Made by a program: the position numbers and the translations under genes
Notes under the pieces: generated by a model
What the model saw: the letters and a program-made list of their open reading frames with translations, nothing else
What the model was told of the DNA's origin: nothing
Database searches by the model: none
Part shown: in pieces, positions 45,934 to 57,992 of the stretch
Layout of the letters: each line of letters starts with the position of its first letter
How positions within the stretch are numbered: the stretch's first letter is position 1
From: Candidatus Krumholzibacteriia bacterium
GTDB taxonomy: Bacteria; Krumholzibacteriota; Krumholzibacteriia; LZORAL124-64-63
Length of the DNA: 64,000 nt
Reading direction: 5' to 3'
Assembly: GCA_050174015.1 (NCBI GenBank)
Contig: JBFXKG010000002.1
Coordinates: 32,001 to 96,000 of the forward strand

Positions 45934-47313
45934 TCACTTGGCAAGGGTGAGCTTCACGGTCCGGACCTGGTCGCCGACCCGGATCCGGGCGAGGTAGAGC
46001 CCGCCGCCGGCGATCCTGCCGTCCCGGTCCCGGCCGTTCCAGACCAGGTCCTGGGGGCCGGGATGAAAGGCCCCGCTGAACAGGTCGGCGACCAGGCGGC
46101 CGCGCAGATCGAAGATGGCGACGGAGCCTTGAACGGGCGTGTCGCCGCCCACCTCGAACATCAGGTGGGTCGCGGGGTTGAAGGGATTGGGGGCCGCGCC
46201 CGGCTCCTGGGCGAACGGACCGGGCAAGGGTCCGGGGGCGCCGGTGACCTGCTGGGCCATCCAGGTGAAGATGCGGGCCATCAGGTCGTTGCGGGACCCC
46301 TCGGAGGAGATGCCCTCGAAACCGAATCCCATCAGGTAGCTGCGGCCCTGGCCGTACGAGGCCCGCACCGCGGCCGTCCGTCCGGGCGAGTACTCCAGGC
46401 TGGCCGCACCGGGGCCCACCGGGGCGATCTCGTCCTGGACGGTGTTGTCGTTCGCGCCCGTGCCCCCGTTGATGGCCAGGGCGAGGCCGCCGGCCACAGG
46501 ATCCCCGGGCAAACCGGAAACGGTCGAGTCGTCGGCGTCGTCGAGGGCGTAGTCCACGCCCAGGACGTTCTTGAACCAGAGGCGGTGTGCGGCCGAATAA
46601 TGGACGCCGCCGGCCGAGCAGAAGTCCCGCACCACATTCTGGCCCGAGAGGACGACCTGTCCGCCCGCCTGCAGCAGATCCTGCAGGGCGGGAAGATCGG
46701 CGGGCGTCAGGCCCGCCGAGCCGGACCCGAGCGCGTACACGATGGTCCCGAACCCGCCGAGGTCGTCGGGGGCCAGGACGCCGAACAGATCCCGGTCCCA
46801 GGTGCCGAAGGTCTTCCCCGCAGCGGTCAGGGCGCCCTGGTAGTAGGTCTCGTACCCCAGGCCGCCGTCGGCGTCGACCAGCAGGACCTCCAGGCCGCTG
46901 CTCAGGACGGTGAAATCGAACTGCTCGCTCAGGGCAGGCTGGCCCTGGCTGGTGATCGTTACCGAGGCCGAACCCTCGCCCTGTTCGGTCAGGGGGGTGA
47001 TGTCCACCAGGAGCTGCGTGAATTCCCCGGGATCGAGCGTGAAGGTGATGACGCTCAGGTGAGGGGGATAGCAGATGGTCCCCTCGCACAGGGAGGCGAT
47101 CCAGTCCCCGGGCAGGTCGCGCGCGATGACGACCTCGTAGGTGTCGGCGGCCGATCCGGTGTTGGTCACGACGTTGTGGAACGAATGCAGCTGGACCAGG
47201 TCGGCGACCGCGCCCTGATGGGGAACGTCGACCGTGAACCCGTACTGGGCCAGGCCGGCGGCTGGCAGGAGGAGGGCGGCGAGCGGCAGGAGGAGGGGAA
47301 CGATGGTCTTCAT
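45934..47313 (-). CDS. Secreted multidomain protein with C-terminal FlgD-Ig/T9SS-like domain
   Basis: Signal peptide; N-terminal Ig-like domain with 'WIASLCEGTICY'; 'VLLVDADGG' domain; tail 'PNPFNP..IFDLRGRLV..WNGRDRDG..GLYLARI..KLTLAK'. Confidence 0.8.
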   Translation of the reverse strand: MKTIVPLLLPLAALLLPAAGLAQYGFTVDVPHQGAVADLVQLHSFHNVVTNTGSAADTYEVVIARDLPGDWIASLCEGTICYPPHLSVITFTLDPGEFTQLLVDITPLTEQGEGSASVTITSQGQPALSEQFDFTVLSSGLEVLLVDADGGLGYETYYQGALTAAGKTFGTWDRDLFGVLAPDDLGGFGTIVYALGSGSAGLTPADLPALQDLLQAGGQVVLSGQNVVRDFCSAGGVHYSAAHRLWFKNVLGVDYALDDADDSTVSGLPGDPVAGGLALAINGGTGANDNTVQDEIAPVGPGAASLEYSPGRTAAVRASYGQGRSYLMGFGFEGISSEGSRNDLMARIFTWMAQQVTGAPGPLPGPFAQEPGAAPNPFNPATHLMFEVGGDTPVQGSVAIFDLRGRLVADLFSGAFHPGPQDLVWNGRDRDGRIAGGGLYLARIRVGDQVRTVKLTLAK

Positions 47314-48599
47314 CGGTTCACGCTTTCGGAATAGGTGTCGGCAGGGGCCGCGGACAGGGGCGGCACGGCGGTGGAGCCGGCCTGGAGGACGGCTCGGGTG
47401 GCCCGGTCCTGGACGAAGGCGATGACGGCGCAGGATGCGGGATCCCAGTCTCCCTGCACCAGTTCGAGGGTAAAGACGAGAGGCGATCCCGCCGCCAGGG
47501 CCCCGGGGGCGGGCGGCTGGTCGGCCATGTCCCTGAACAGCCAGTAGAAGGTGGTCTCGCCGAGGTTGGGTTCGACCGGAGGTTCCGGGTAGTCCACCTG
47601 ATCCTGGGCCAGGGCGACGAACAGGGTGGTCCCGGTCAGGTCGATCTCCCCGTCCAGGGCGGTCAGGGTGACAGTCACCGGCACGGTCGACAAGGTGAAG
47701 TCCGCCTCGACGTCGATGAAGAACCCGGGGTCGCGCAGGAGTGCGAGGTCCACGAGATCCCGCAGGGATGCCGGTCCGGGCGGATTGCCCGCCGACCCCT
47801 GCAGCGCCCCGTCGGCATACAGGGTGGGCAGGGCGATGATCGCCTCGGGGCCGTAATACAGCAGCCTGCCGTCGTTCTCGGGGATGTTGTACTGGTAGTG
47901 GGGGTCGGCCCGCAGCGGCCAGGACATGCTGAACTTCAGGACCAGGAGGCGGTCCAGGCCGTAGCCCTCGGTCAGCTGCAGGGCGTGCAGGTTGGCCGAC
48001 AGTTCGGGGCAGCCCTGACAGAAGATGTTGGAGAACCCCTCGAGCAGGACGGTGCGCAGGGAGCGGGCCATGAAGGCGGAGGCGGGGATCTCGATGACCT
48101 CCCCGGCGGCCACGTCCACGGCGAGCTCACCGGGCAGGAACCGGAACCCGTCGAGGTCGAGGGCGAGGCGGTGAAGGCCCGGCTCCACGCCGATCTCCGC
48201 CGGAGTGACGAGGCCGGTGTTCAGGCCGTCGAGGGTGATGCGGGCGCCGGCGGGTTCCGAGTCGACGACCAGGGCGGTCAAGACCAGGGAGAAATCCGCG
48301 TCCGCATGCCCCAGCGGGGCGACGGTCACGAGGCGGCTGCCGGGAGTGCTGAGGTAGGGGGGCAGCGCCACGCCGACCTCGTAGACGGCAGCGGGCATGT
48401 CGGCGAAGGTGAACGGGGTGGTCTCGCCGGTTTCCCGGCCGTCGATGAAGATGGCGGCGCCCGCAGGGTCGCTGGTGACGGTCAACGTCCCGGGAGCGTA
48501 GCTGGGCGCCTCGCGGCCGCAGCCGGAAGCGAGCAGCCACAGGAGGAGAAGGACCGGGGCGCCGGTGCGGCGGGCCCGGAAAGGACGGTTTCCGTGCAC
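47310..48599 (-). CDS. Lipoprotein with two PEGA domains and an Omp28-like CxxC domain
   Basis: Lipobox LASG-C; 'VTSDPAGAAIFIDG..G.TTP' twice; 'RTVLLEGFSNIFCQGCP..P..DG..VIAFVQD..VLQA'. Confidence 0.78.
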   Translation of the reverse strand: MHGNRPFRARRTGAPVLLLLWLLASGCGREAPSYAPGTLTVTSDPAGAAIFIDGRETGETTPFTFADMPAAVYEVGVALPPYLSTPGSRLVTVAPLGHADADFSLVLTALVVDSEPAGARITLDGLNTGLVTPAEIGVEPGLHRLALDLDGFRFLPGELAVDVAAGEVIEIPASAFMARSLRTVLLEGFSNIFCQGCPELSANLHALQLTEGYGLDRLLVLKFSMSWPLRADPHYQYNIPENDGRLLYYGPEAIIALPTLYADGALQGSAGNPPGPASLRDLVDLALLRDPGFFIDVEADFTLSTVPVTVTLTALDGEIDLTGTTLFVALAQDQVDYPEPPVEPNLGETTFYWLFRDMADQPPAPGALAAGSPLVFTLELVQGDWDPASCAVIAFVQDRATRAVLQAGSTAVPPLSAAPADTYSESVNR

Positions 48600-48672
48600 G
48601 ATTCACCTGATTCCGGGTGGACGGATGTCGGGTCCGGACGTGAAGGGGGGAAAGCCCCCTGCTCTACTGGCA

Positions 48673-48709
48673 ATTATACGAACCCCCGGTTGGAATCGTC
48701 AACCGGGGG
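48673..48709 (-). promoter_or_regulatory. sigma70 promoter for the PEGA/Omp28 operon with an overlapping palindrome
   Basis: Minus strand TTGACG-N18-TATAAT. Inverted repeat CCCCCGGTTG-N7-CAACCGGGGG (48683-48709) spans the -35. Confidence 0.65.
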
Positions 48710-48819
48710 CGGGGAAACGGGCAGGAAGGGGAAAGGGGCCGGCGCCGCGGCGGCGCGTTGAGTCCTACTGCGCTGATGCAGAACCCGAGCCTGGCGCGCG
48801 ACCCGGCCCCCGAACCTTC

Positions 48820-50610
48820 CTACTTCACGGTGTAGCCCTCGGCGTCAATCACCCGCCGGGCGATGGCGTCGTGCAGCCTGGCCCTGTTGACCGGATCATG
48901 CTTGACCAGCCGGCGGAGCCCGGCCGCATAGGTCCGCATTTCGTCGCCCTCGACGGTGGCCGCGAGCACGTTGCGGGCCAGCACGCCCACCTTGTCCATG
49001 GCGTCATGGGTGTAAAGGGTCAGCATGTCGGCCATGGCCGCGGCGGCGGGCTCTCCCTCCTTCGCGGCCTTCTTCAGGGCGCGCAGCAGGCCGCTCTCGC
49101 AGGCGTAGGTCTGCATGATGATGTCGGCGCAGTCCGACAGGACTTCCTGCTGGTCCTTGAGGTTGGCCCCGAACTTCTGGGCCGCCAGGCCCATCACCGC
49201 CAGCACCACCTTCTTCATGTTGGCCACCAGCTTGCCCTCCTCCTCGAGGAAGGCGGGTTCCCCGGGTTCCTCGAACGAGGGCAGTCCGGTCAGCTCCCCG
49301 GCCACGGCCTGGGCGGCCTGCAGGAACGCCAGCTCGCCCTTGAGGGCCTTCTTGAGGATCATGCCGGGCACGATCATGCGGTTGATCTCGTTGGTGCCCT
49401 CGAAGATGCGGTTCACCCGCTCGTCGCGGTACCAGCGCTCCAGGGGATATTCCTGACAGTAGCCGTAGCCCCCCAGCATCTGCAGACCCTCCTCGGCGGC
49501 CAGGGCCATGGCCTCCGAGGCGAACACCTTGATCATGGAGCATTCGATGGAGAAGTCCTCGACCTTCTCGATGCCGGCGCGGTCGTAGCCGGGGTCGTTC
49601 CTGTCCAGGGTGGCGATCGCCCCGTCGAGCAGCCCGGCGGTGCGGTAGACCATGGACTCGGCCACGAAGGTGGTGGCGGCGACGTCGGCGATCTTGCGGC
49701 GGATCAGGCCGAAGTCGCTCAATGGATGGCCGAACTGGTGGCGCTGCTTGGTGTAGGGCACCGCGCTCCTGAGGACCAGCTTGCAGCCCCCGACGGTGCT
49801 GGCGCCGAGCTTGAAGCGTCCCACGTTCAGGATGTTGAAGGCGATCAGGTGGCCCTTGCCGATCTCGCCCAGGACGTTCTCCACCGGCACCTTCACGTCC
49901 TCGAGGATGATGGCGCAGGTGGACGAGCCCTTGAAGCCCATCTTCTTCTCCTCGGCGCCGATGGTCACCCCCTTGCTGGTGAGGTCGACGATGAAGCCGG
50001 TGAAGTGTTCGCCGTCGATCTTCGCGAAGAGGACGACCATCTCGGCGTATCCGGCGTTGGAGATGTACTGCTTGGTCCCGTTGAGGACGTAGTGCTTGCC
50101 GTCCTCGGTCAACTTCGCCGTGGTGGCCGCGGCCAGGGCATCGCTGCCGCTTCCCGGTTCGGTCAGGGCGTAGCAGGTGAGGAGCTCGCCCGTGGCGAGC
50201 TGCGGCAGGTACTTCTGCTTCTGCTCGGGGGTGCCGAAGTAGACGATGGGCAGGGTGCCGATGCCCGACTGGGCGCCGTGGGTGACGGCGAAGCTGCCGC
50301 TGCCGGCCATCTTCTCGCTGATGAGCATGATCGTGGCCTTGTCCGAGCCCATCCCGCCGTAGGCTTCGGGGATGTCGGCCATCAGCAGCCCCATCTCCCC
50401 GGCCTGCTTGAGCAGACCCTTGCCGAGCATGGTGTTGCCGTGGTACTCGAACTCCTCCTGCACCGGCAGGATGACCTTCTCGATGAAGTCCTCGCAGGTC
50501 TTGGCGAACATGCGCTGGGTCTCGTTGAAGTCCTCGGGCGTGAACACCGACCCGGGATCCGTTTCGGTCAGCAGGAATTCGCCGCCGGTGGTGGTCTTCT
50601 GCTCTGACAT
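48820..50610 (-). CDS. fadE: Acyl-CoA dehydrogenase (Bacillus FadE type)
   Basis: 'YALTEPGSGSDA', 'LNGTKQYISN', 'EKKMGFKGSST', 'RQFG'-like 'RHQFG', 'GGYGY..RIFEGTNEI'. Confidence 0.92.
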   Translation of the reverse strand: MSEQKTTTGGEFLLTETDPGSVFTPEDFNETQRMFAKTCEDFIEKVILPVQEEFEYHGNTMLGKGLLKQAGEMGLLMADIPEAYGGMGSDKATIMLISEKMAGSGSFAVTHGAQSGIGTLPIVYFGTPEQKQKYLPQLATGELLTCYALTEPGSGSDALAAATTAKLTEDGKHYVLNGTKQYISNAGYAEMVVLFAKIDGEHFTGFIVDLTSKGVTIGAEEKKMGFKGSSTCAIILEDVKVPVENVLGEIGKGHLIAFNILNVGRFKLGASTVGGCKLVLRSAVPYTKQRHQFGHPLSDFGLIRRKIADVAATTFVAESMVYRTAGLLDGAIATLDRNDPGYDRAGIEKVEDFSIECSMIKVFASEAMALAAEEGLQMLGGYGYCQEYPLERWYRDERVNRIFEGTNEINRMIVPGMILKKALKGELAFLQAAQAVAGELTGLPSFEEPGEPAFLEEEGKLVANMKKVVLAVMGLAAQKFGANLKDQQEVLSDCADIIMQTYACESGLLRALKKAAKEGEPAAAAMADMLTLYTHDAMDKVGVLARNVLAATVEGDEMRTYAAGLRRLVKHDPVNRARLHDAIARRVIDAEGYTVK

Positions 50611-50652
50611 CTTCGGTTCTCCTTTGAACGTCGCGGGGCCCCGCCCCGGCGG

Positions 50653-51837
50653 TTAGATCGCCTCGAAAATACCGGCGGCACCCATCCCGGTGCCGATGCA
50701 CATGGTGACCAGGGCGTACTTGCCGCCCCGTCGCTTCAGTTCGTGGAGGGCGCTCGTGGTCAGCTTGGCGCCGGTGCAGCCGAGGGGATGCCCCAGGGCC
50801 ACGGCGCCGCCGTTGGGATTCAGGCGTTGATCCGCCGGATCCAGCCCCAGGTGCTTGCAGACCGCCAGGCTCTGGGCGGCGAACGCCTCGTTCAGCTCGA
50901 TCACGTCCATCTGATCCAGGGACAGCCCGGTGCGGGCCAGGACCTTGGGCACTGCGGCCACCGGCCCGATGCCCATGATCTCGGGTTCGACCCCGGCGAC
51001 GGCGTAGCCCAGGAACCGGGCCAGGGGCGCCGCGCCGATCGCGGCGGCAAGCTCGGGCGTGGTGAGGAGCACGGCCGCGGCCCCGTCGCTCATCTGGCTG
51101 CTGTTGCCGGCGGTGACGGTGCCGCCCTGCTTGAAGGCGGGCTTCAGCTTGGCCAGGGCCTCGACGGTGGTGTCGTCGCGGGGACCCTCGTCCACCTTGA
51201 ACTCCACCTGCTCGGTGACGGGCCTACCTTTCTTGTCGGTTCCCGGAAGCTGGGCCATGACCGGGACGATCTCCTCTTCGTAGCGTCCGGCCGCGATGGC
51301 CTCGACCGCCTTGCGGTGGCTGTGGTAGGCGAACTCGTCCTGGGCTTCGCGGGTGATCCCGTCGCGAACCACCAGATTCTCGGCGGTCAATCCCATGTTG
51401 GTCAGGTACTCGGGGCGCTCACGGGCCAGAGTGGGGTTGGGCAGGTAGCGCAGGCCCCCCATGGGCACCATGGTCATGGTCTCGGTCCCGCCGGCGATCA
51501 CGAAATCGGACTGGCCGGTCAGGATCTGCGCGGCTCCGATGTTGATGGTCTCGAGTCCCGAACTGCAGAACCGGTTGACGGTCATGCCGGGCACGCTGAC
51601 GGGCAGGCCGGACATCAAGGCGATGTTGCGGCCCACGTTCATGCCCTGCTCGCCCTCGGGCATGGCGCAGCCCATGATGACGTCCCCGATCCGCGCGGGG
51701 TCCAGCTGGGGGAACATCGCGAGGATGTCCCGCACCACGGCGGCGCCCAGATCGTCCGGACGGGTGTGGCGCAGGCTCCCCTTGAGAGCCTTGCCCACGG
51801 CGGTGCGGCGGGCGGCGATGACGACGACTTCCTTCAT
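50653..51837 (-). CDS. fadA: 3-ketoacyl-CoA thiolase
   Basis: 'NRFCSSG', 'NEAFA', 'GHPLGCTG', 'MCIGTGMG'. Confidence 0.93.
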   Translation of the reverse strand: MKEVVVIAARRTAVGKALKGSLRHTRPDDLGAAVVRDILAMFPQLDPARIGDVIMGCAMPEGEQGMNVGRNIALMSGLPVSVPGMTVNRFCSSGLETINIGAAQILTGQSDFVIAGGTETMTMVPMGGLRYLPNPTLARERPEYLTNMGLTAENLVVRDGITREAQDEFAYHSHRKAVEAIAAGRYEEEIVPVMAQLPGTDKKGRPVTEQVEFKVDEGPRDDTTVEALAKLKPAFKQGGTVTAGNSSQMSDGAAAVLLTTPELAAAIGAAPLARFLGYAVAGVEPEIMGIGPVAAVPKVLARTGLSLDQMDVIELNEAFAAQSLAVCKHLGLDPADQRLNPNGGAVALGHPLGCTGAKLTTSALHELKRRGGKYALVTMCIGTGMGAAGIFEAI

Positions 51838-51855
51838 CTTGGTCTCCTTTTCCCG

Positions 51856-54228
<2,373 letters not shown>

Positions 54229-54308
54229 GGGCTCTGCCTTTCCAGGGTCGAAACACCTTGAAGGTGCGGCCGAACCGGACCGCACGGGTTCACGGATTCG
54301 CAGATTAA

Positions 54309-54353
54309 TGAATAGTCATTCAGTATCTTAACGGGAATCGGCCAGGGTGTCAA
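54309..54353 (-). promoter_or_regulatory. fadN promoter with FadR-type operator
   Basis: Minus strand TTGACA(54353)-N17-TAAGAT(54330). Palindrome TGAATAGTCATTCA at 54309-54322 lies just downstream of the -10. Confidence 0.8.
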
Positions 54354-54382
54354 TCGCTTTGGGGGATTTTCGGGAATACCGC

Positions 54383-54482
54383 TTGTTTAAGTGATTATTG
54401 CCGTTTATAATCCGAAAGCGCAATTCGGGAAGCGGGTTCGCCTCTTCGGCCGGCCCTGTCCGGCGGAATGAATAGGTATTCA
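54383..54482 (+). promoter_or_regulatory. fadR promoter and second operator
   Basis: TTGTTT(54383)-N17-TATAAT(54406). TGAATAGGTATTCA at 54469-54482 lies immediately before the ATG. Confidence 0.75.
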
Positions 54483-54485
54483 AGA

Positions 54486-55091
54486 ATGGCAAGAACATCC
54501 CCGGGTGACAAGAAGCAGCGCATCCTGGATGCGGCCGTGGTGGAGATCGCACGCAGGGGTTACCACCAGACCACCGTCGCCATGATCGCCCGCAGGGCGG
54601 GCGTGGCCGACGGGACCATCTACCTGTACTTCAAGAACAAGGATGAGGTTCTGGTCTCCCTGTTCGACCGGGCCCTGGGTCGTTTCATCGAGGAGGGACG
54701 CGACCGGCTGGCGGGTTTCGCGGGAGCGGAGGCCAAGCTGAGGGACATCGTCGAGCGGCACCTGACCCTGGTGGGCCAGGACCGGGACCTGGCCATCATC
54801 ACGCAGGTCGAACTGCGCCACAGCCTGCACTTCATGGAGGAACTGTCCCGGGCCCAAGTGGGGCGTTATCTGGAGATCATCGCCGAGGTCCTGGCCGAGG
54901 GCAGGGTCGAGGGCGTCTTCCGGGCGGGCCTGGACCCTGTCCTGGGCGCCAAGGCTGTCTTCGGGATCCTGGACGAGATGGCGACGGACTGGGTGCTGTC
55001 CCGCCGCAACACGCGGCTGGAGGGCAAGGCCCGGGAGGTGGCCGACCTGATCCTGGGCGGGGTGGCGCGCTGCCCCCGGACCGGGGACTGA
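54486..55091 (+). CDS. fadR: TetR-family fatty-acid regulator (YsiA/FadR type)
   Basis: 'IARRAGVADGTIYLYFKNKDEVL', 'DLAIITQVELRHS', 'FGILDEMATDWVL'; divergent from fadNAE. Confidence 0.85.
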   Translation: MARTSPGDKKQRILDAAVVEIARRGYHQTTVAMIARRAGVADGTIYLYFKNKDEVLVSLFDRALGRFIEEGRDRLAGFAGAEAKLRDIVERHLTLVGQDRDLAIITQVELRHSLHFMEELSRAQVGRYLEIIAEVLAEGRVEGVFRAGLDPVLGAKAVFGILDEMATDWVLSRRNTRLEGKAREVADLILGGVARCPRTGD

Positions 55092-55118
55092 ATTCCTCCA
55101 GCGGAACTGCACGAGACG

Positions 55119-55148
55119 GCCGAACCCCCGCAGGCGCGGGGGTTCGGC
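55119..55148. terminator. Hairpin between convergent fadR and qNor
   Basis: GCCGAACCCCCGC-AGGC-GCGGGGGTTCGGC, 13-bp stem. Confidence 0.75.
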
Positions 55149-55159
55149 AGGTCAACGGG

Positions 55160-57445
55160 TCAGTCGACCCCGGCGGCTCCACTCCTGCGGGGCATGTCGG
55201 TGGCCCCGGAGACCGACCAGCCACCCTTCAACCCCGCGATGAACCAGGCCAGGGCGAGGGTCCCCACCGCGAAGATGGTGTCCCCGATGACCCGCAGCCA
55301 CCGCAGCGTCTGCATGTAATCCTGCTGCATGAACTCCTGGGACCGGGCGTACCACAGGCCCTCCCTGACCGAGGCCAGGGTCTGGGCGAGGCCGATGGGC
55401 AGCACCGAGATCAGGACCATCAGCGCCAGTCCGATGTTGATGGCCCAGAAGGCGAACCGCAGCACCCCCTCCTTCCAGACGTTACGGGCGGCGAGGCTCT
55501 TGAGGACGAACAGCATCAGGCCGATCCCCAGCATGCCGTAGACGCCGAACAGCGCGGTGTGTCCATGGACGGGGGTCGTGTTCAGACCCTGCATGTAGTA
55601 GAGTGCGATGGGAGGGTTGATCAGGAACCCGAAGATCCCGGCCCCGACCAGGTTCCAGAAGGCGACCGCGACGAAGCAGTAGATGGGCCACTTGTAGGCC
55701 TGGATCCAGGGCTTGGCGCGGCTGAGACGGAGGTTGTGGTAGGCCTCGAAGCCGAGCAGGACCAGGGGCACGACCTCCAGGGCGCTGAAGGTGGCGCCCA
55801 GGGCCAGGACGGCCGTGGGCGTGCCGGTGAAGTAGAGGTGGTGGAAGGTCCCGATGATGCCGCCGGCCAGGAACACGTTGGTGGAGAACAGGGCCGCGGC
55901 GGTGGCCAGTCCGACCTTCAGCAGGCCCAGCCGGACGAACAGGAACGCGATGACCACGGTGGCGAAGACCTCGAAGAAGCCCTCCACCCAGAGGTGGACA
56001 ACCCACCAGCGCCAGTATTCGGCCATGGCGAGGTTGGTCTGGCGGCCCCACATCAGGCCGGCGCCGTAGAAGCCGGCGATGGCGATGCAGGAGATGACCA
56101 GCAGCACCAGGAGAGGTCGGCTGCTGTCGGGCCGGCGCAACGCCGGCATCAGGGCGCGGACCATCAGCAGCAGCCACAGGAACAGGCCCACCAGGAGAAG
56201 GATCTGCCACAGCCGGCCCAGGTCCACGTATTCGTAGCCCTGGTGGCCGAACCAGAAGTTCTCCACCAGACCCAGCCGCTGCATGATCCCGAACCATTGC
56301 CCGGTCAGCGACCCGGCGACCACGATGAGCAGGGCGCCGAACAGGACGTTGACGCCCAGACGCTGGAACCGCGGCTCATGGCCGGACACCGCAGGGGCGA
56401 TGAACAGCCCGGTGGCCAGCCAGGAGGTGGCGATCCAGAAGATGGCCAGCTGGACGTGCCAGGTGCGGCTGAGGCTGTAGGGCAGGATGCTGGAGAGATC
56501 CAGGCCGTAGAACCCGCTCCCTTCGACCCCGTAGTGGGCGGTGATCGCCCCCATGACGACCTGCACGACGATCAGGGCCGTCACGACCCAGAAGTACTTG
56601 AGAGTGGCGCTCATCGACGGCGTGGGGGACAGGGCCATCAAGGGATCGTCGGCGGGCAGGTCGGCCGCGTCGGGTTCTTCCTCGCGGTGGGAGGCGTAGT
56701 ACCAGGCCAGCAGGGCGATGCCGGCGATCAGGACGATCACCGAGAATCCCGTCCACAGGATGAGGCTGGGGGTGGGCCGGTTGCCGACCAGGTCGTCCGG
56801 CGGCCAGTTGTTGGTGTAGGTGACCTCGGAACCGGGCCGTTCGGTCACGCAGGCCCAGCTTGCCCAGAAGAAGAAGGCGGTCAACTGGCGCAGCCTCTCC
56901 TCCCCGGCCACGGTAATCTCCCGCATGGCGTAGGCCTCGCGGGTCTCCCGCAGGGCGGGGTCGTCGCCGAACAGGGCCCGGTAATACCCGGCGATGGCGG
57001 CGATGGCCGCGGCCCGGTCCTCGGACACGGTCAAGTCCCCGGTCTTGGGATCGTATCCGTTGGTCCGGATCTCGGCCTGCAGCCTGGCCTCCAGGGCGGC
57101 CCTGGTCTCGAGGGGAAGGTCGTCGGCACCCATCCTGTGATCGCGCCTGGCCCAGGCCTCGAGCAGGGTGGCGCCTTCGCGATGGAGCCAGTCCGCCGAC
57201 CAGTCAGGGGCGATGTAGGCCCCGTGGCCCCAGACGGTGCCCAGTTCCTGGCCTCCGGTGGATTGCCACACGTTCTGGCCGTCCCTGATGTCCTGACCCG
57301 TGAAGAGGACCTGGCCGGAGTTGGTCACCACCCGATCGGGGACGGGGGGGGCCTTGCGGTAGATCTCCCTGCCGAAGATGCCCAGGACGGCGAACGAGCC
57401 GGCCACCACCAGGGCGAACACGATCCAGAGTTTCTTGTAATTCAT
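55160..57445 (-). CDS. norB: Quinol-dependent nitric oxide reductase (qNor)
   Basis: 761-aa single subunit; 'WGHGAY.APDWSADWLHRE', 'WWVVHLWVEGFFE', 'GTFHH', 'HGHTALFGVYG'. Confidence 0.95.
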   Translation of the reverse strand: MNYKKLWIVFALVVAGSFAVLGIFGREIYRKAPPVPDRVVTNSGQVLFTGQDIRDGQNVWQSTGGQELGTVWGHGAYIAPDWSADWLHREGATLLEAWARRDHRMGADDLPLETRAALEARLQAEIRTNGYDPKTGDLTVSEDRAAAIAAIAGYYRALFGDDPALRETREAYAMREITVAGEERLRQLTAFFFWASWACVTERPGSEVTYTNNWPPDDLVGNRPTPSLILWTGFSVIVLIAGIALLAWYYASHREEEPDAADLPADDPLMALSPTPSMSATLKYFWVVTALIVVQVVMGAITAHYGVEGSGFYGLDLSSILPYSLSRTWHVQLAIFWIATSWLATGLFIAPAVSGHEPRFQRLGVNVLFGALLIVVAGSLTGQWFGIMQRLGLVENFWFGHQGYEYVDLGRLWQILLLVGLFLWLLLMVRALMPALRRPDSSRPLLVLLVISCIAIAGFYGAGLMWGRQTNLAMAEYWRWWVVHLWVEGFFEVFATVVIAFLFVRLGLLKVGLATAAALFSTNVFLAGGIIGTFHHLYFTGTPTAVLALGATFSALEVVPLVLLGFEAYHNLRLSRAKPWIQAYKWPIYCFVAVAFWNLVGAGIFGFLINPPIALYYMQGLNTTPVHGHTALFGVYGMLGIGLMLFVLKSLAARNVWKEGVLRFAFWAINIGLALMVLISVLPIGLAQTLASVREGLWYARSQEFMQQDYMQTLRWLRVIGDTIFAVGTLALAWFIAGLKGGWSVSGATDMPRRSGAAGVD

Positions 57446-57524
57446 CGTTCCTCCATGGCCAGGGGGCCGCTCGGGTTTTCAAATGATCAAGGCATCCCAG
57501 AATCCCTTGAGTGGTGAAAAAAAA

Positions 57525-57926
57525 TCAGGGGAATGCCAGGTCCCGGACCAGGGTGCTCGCAAGCAGAGCATGATAGCCGTCCCTGATCTCCGCCCATCCC
57601 TCGTGCATGGGACAGGGATTGCCCGCATCGCAGGCCGGACGCCCGAAGGCGCAATCGTCCTTCGCGCCGGCGCCCTGCCCCTCGATGATCTCCACGACGT
57701 CCAGGATGGGGCGGTCCTCCGCTCCGGGCTTGAGGGCGAAGCCGCCTCCCCAGCCCTTGCGGGATTCCACCAGACCGCCTTTGCGCAGCTGGTTGAGGAT
57801 CTTGACCAGGTAGTTGGCCGGGATCCCCGTGGCCGCCGCCAGCTCGTCGCCCGGAATGAGGCGGCCGCCGTGGGAGGCGAGGAAGCCCAGGACGTGGAAG
57901 GCGTAGCGGGAAGTCTGAGACATCAT
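57525..57926 (-). CDS. Rrf2-family regulator (NsrR-like, three Cys)
   Basis: 'YA..L..LA..IP..YLVKILNQL..GLVESRKGWGGGF', 'CAFGRPACDAGNPCPMH'; upstream of qNor. Confidence 0.88.
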   Translation of the reverse strand: MMSQTSRYAFHVLGFLASHGGRLIPGDELAAATGIPANYLVKILNQLRKGGLVESRKGWGGGFALKPGAEDRPILDVVEIIEGQGAGAKDDCAFGRPACDAGNPCPMHEGWAEIRDGYHALLASTLVRDLAFP

Positions 57927-57946
57927 GATCGTCACCTCAGCGGACA

Positions 57947-57975
57947 ATTAAATCCTTTGAGACGTTGGAAGTCAA
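57947..57975 (-). promoter_or_regulatory. Putative sigma70 promoter for rrf2-qNor
   Basis: Minus strand TTGACT-N17-TTTAAT upstream of the GAGGTG RBS. Confidence 0.55.
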
Positions 57976-57992
57976 ATAAATGTAGGGGACCG

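Noticed and set aside
43962..48599. Selenocysteine recoding in the redox operon
   Set aside because: All CxxC motifs are read as Cys in uninterrupted ORFs; there is no in-frame TGA to explain.
48735..48815. GC-rich nested hairpin downstream of fadE as an ncRNA
   Set aside because: No match to SRP, tRNA or riboswitch features that I can recognise; most simply a terminator-like structure.
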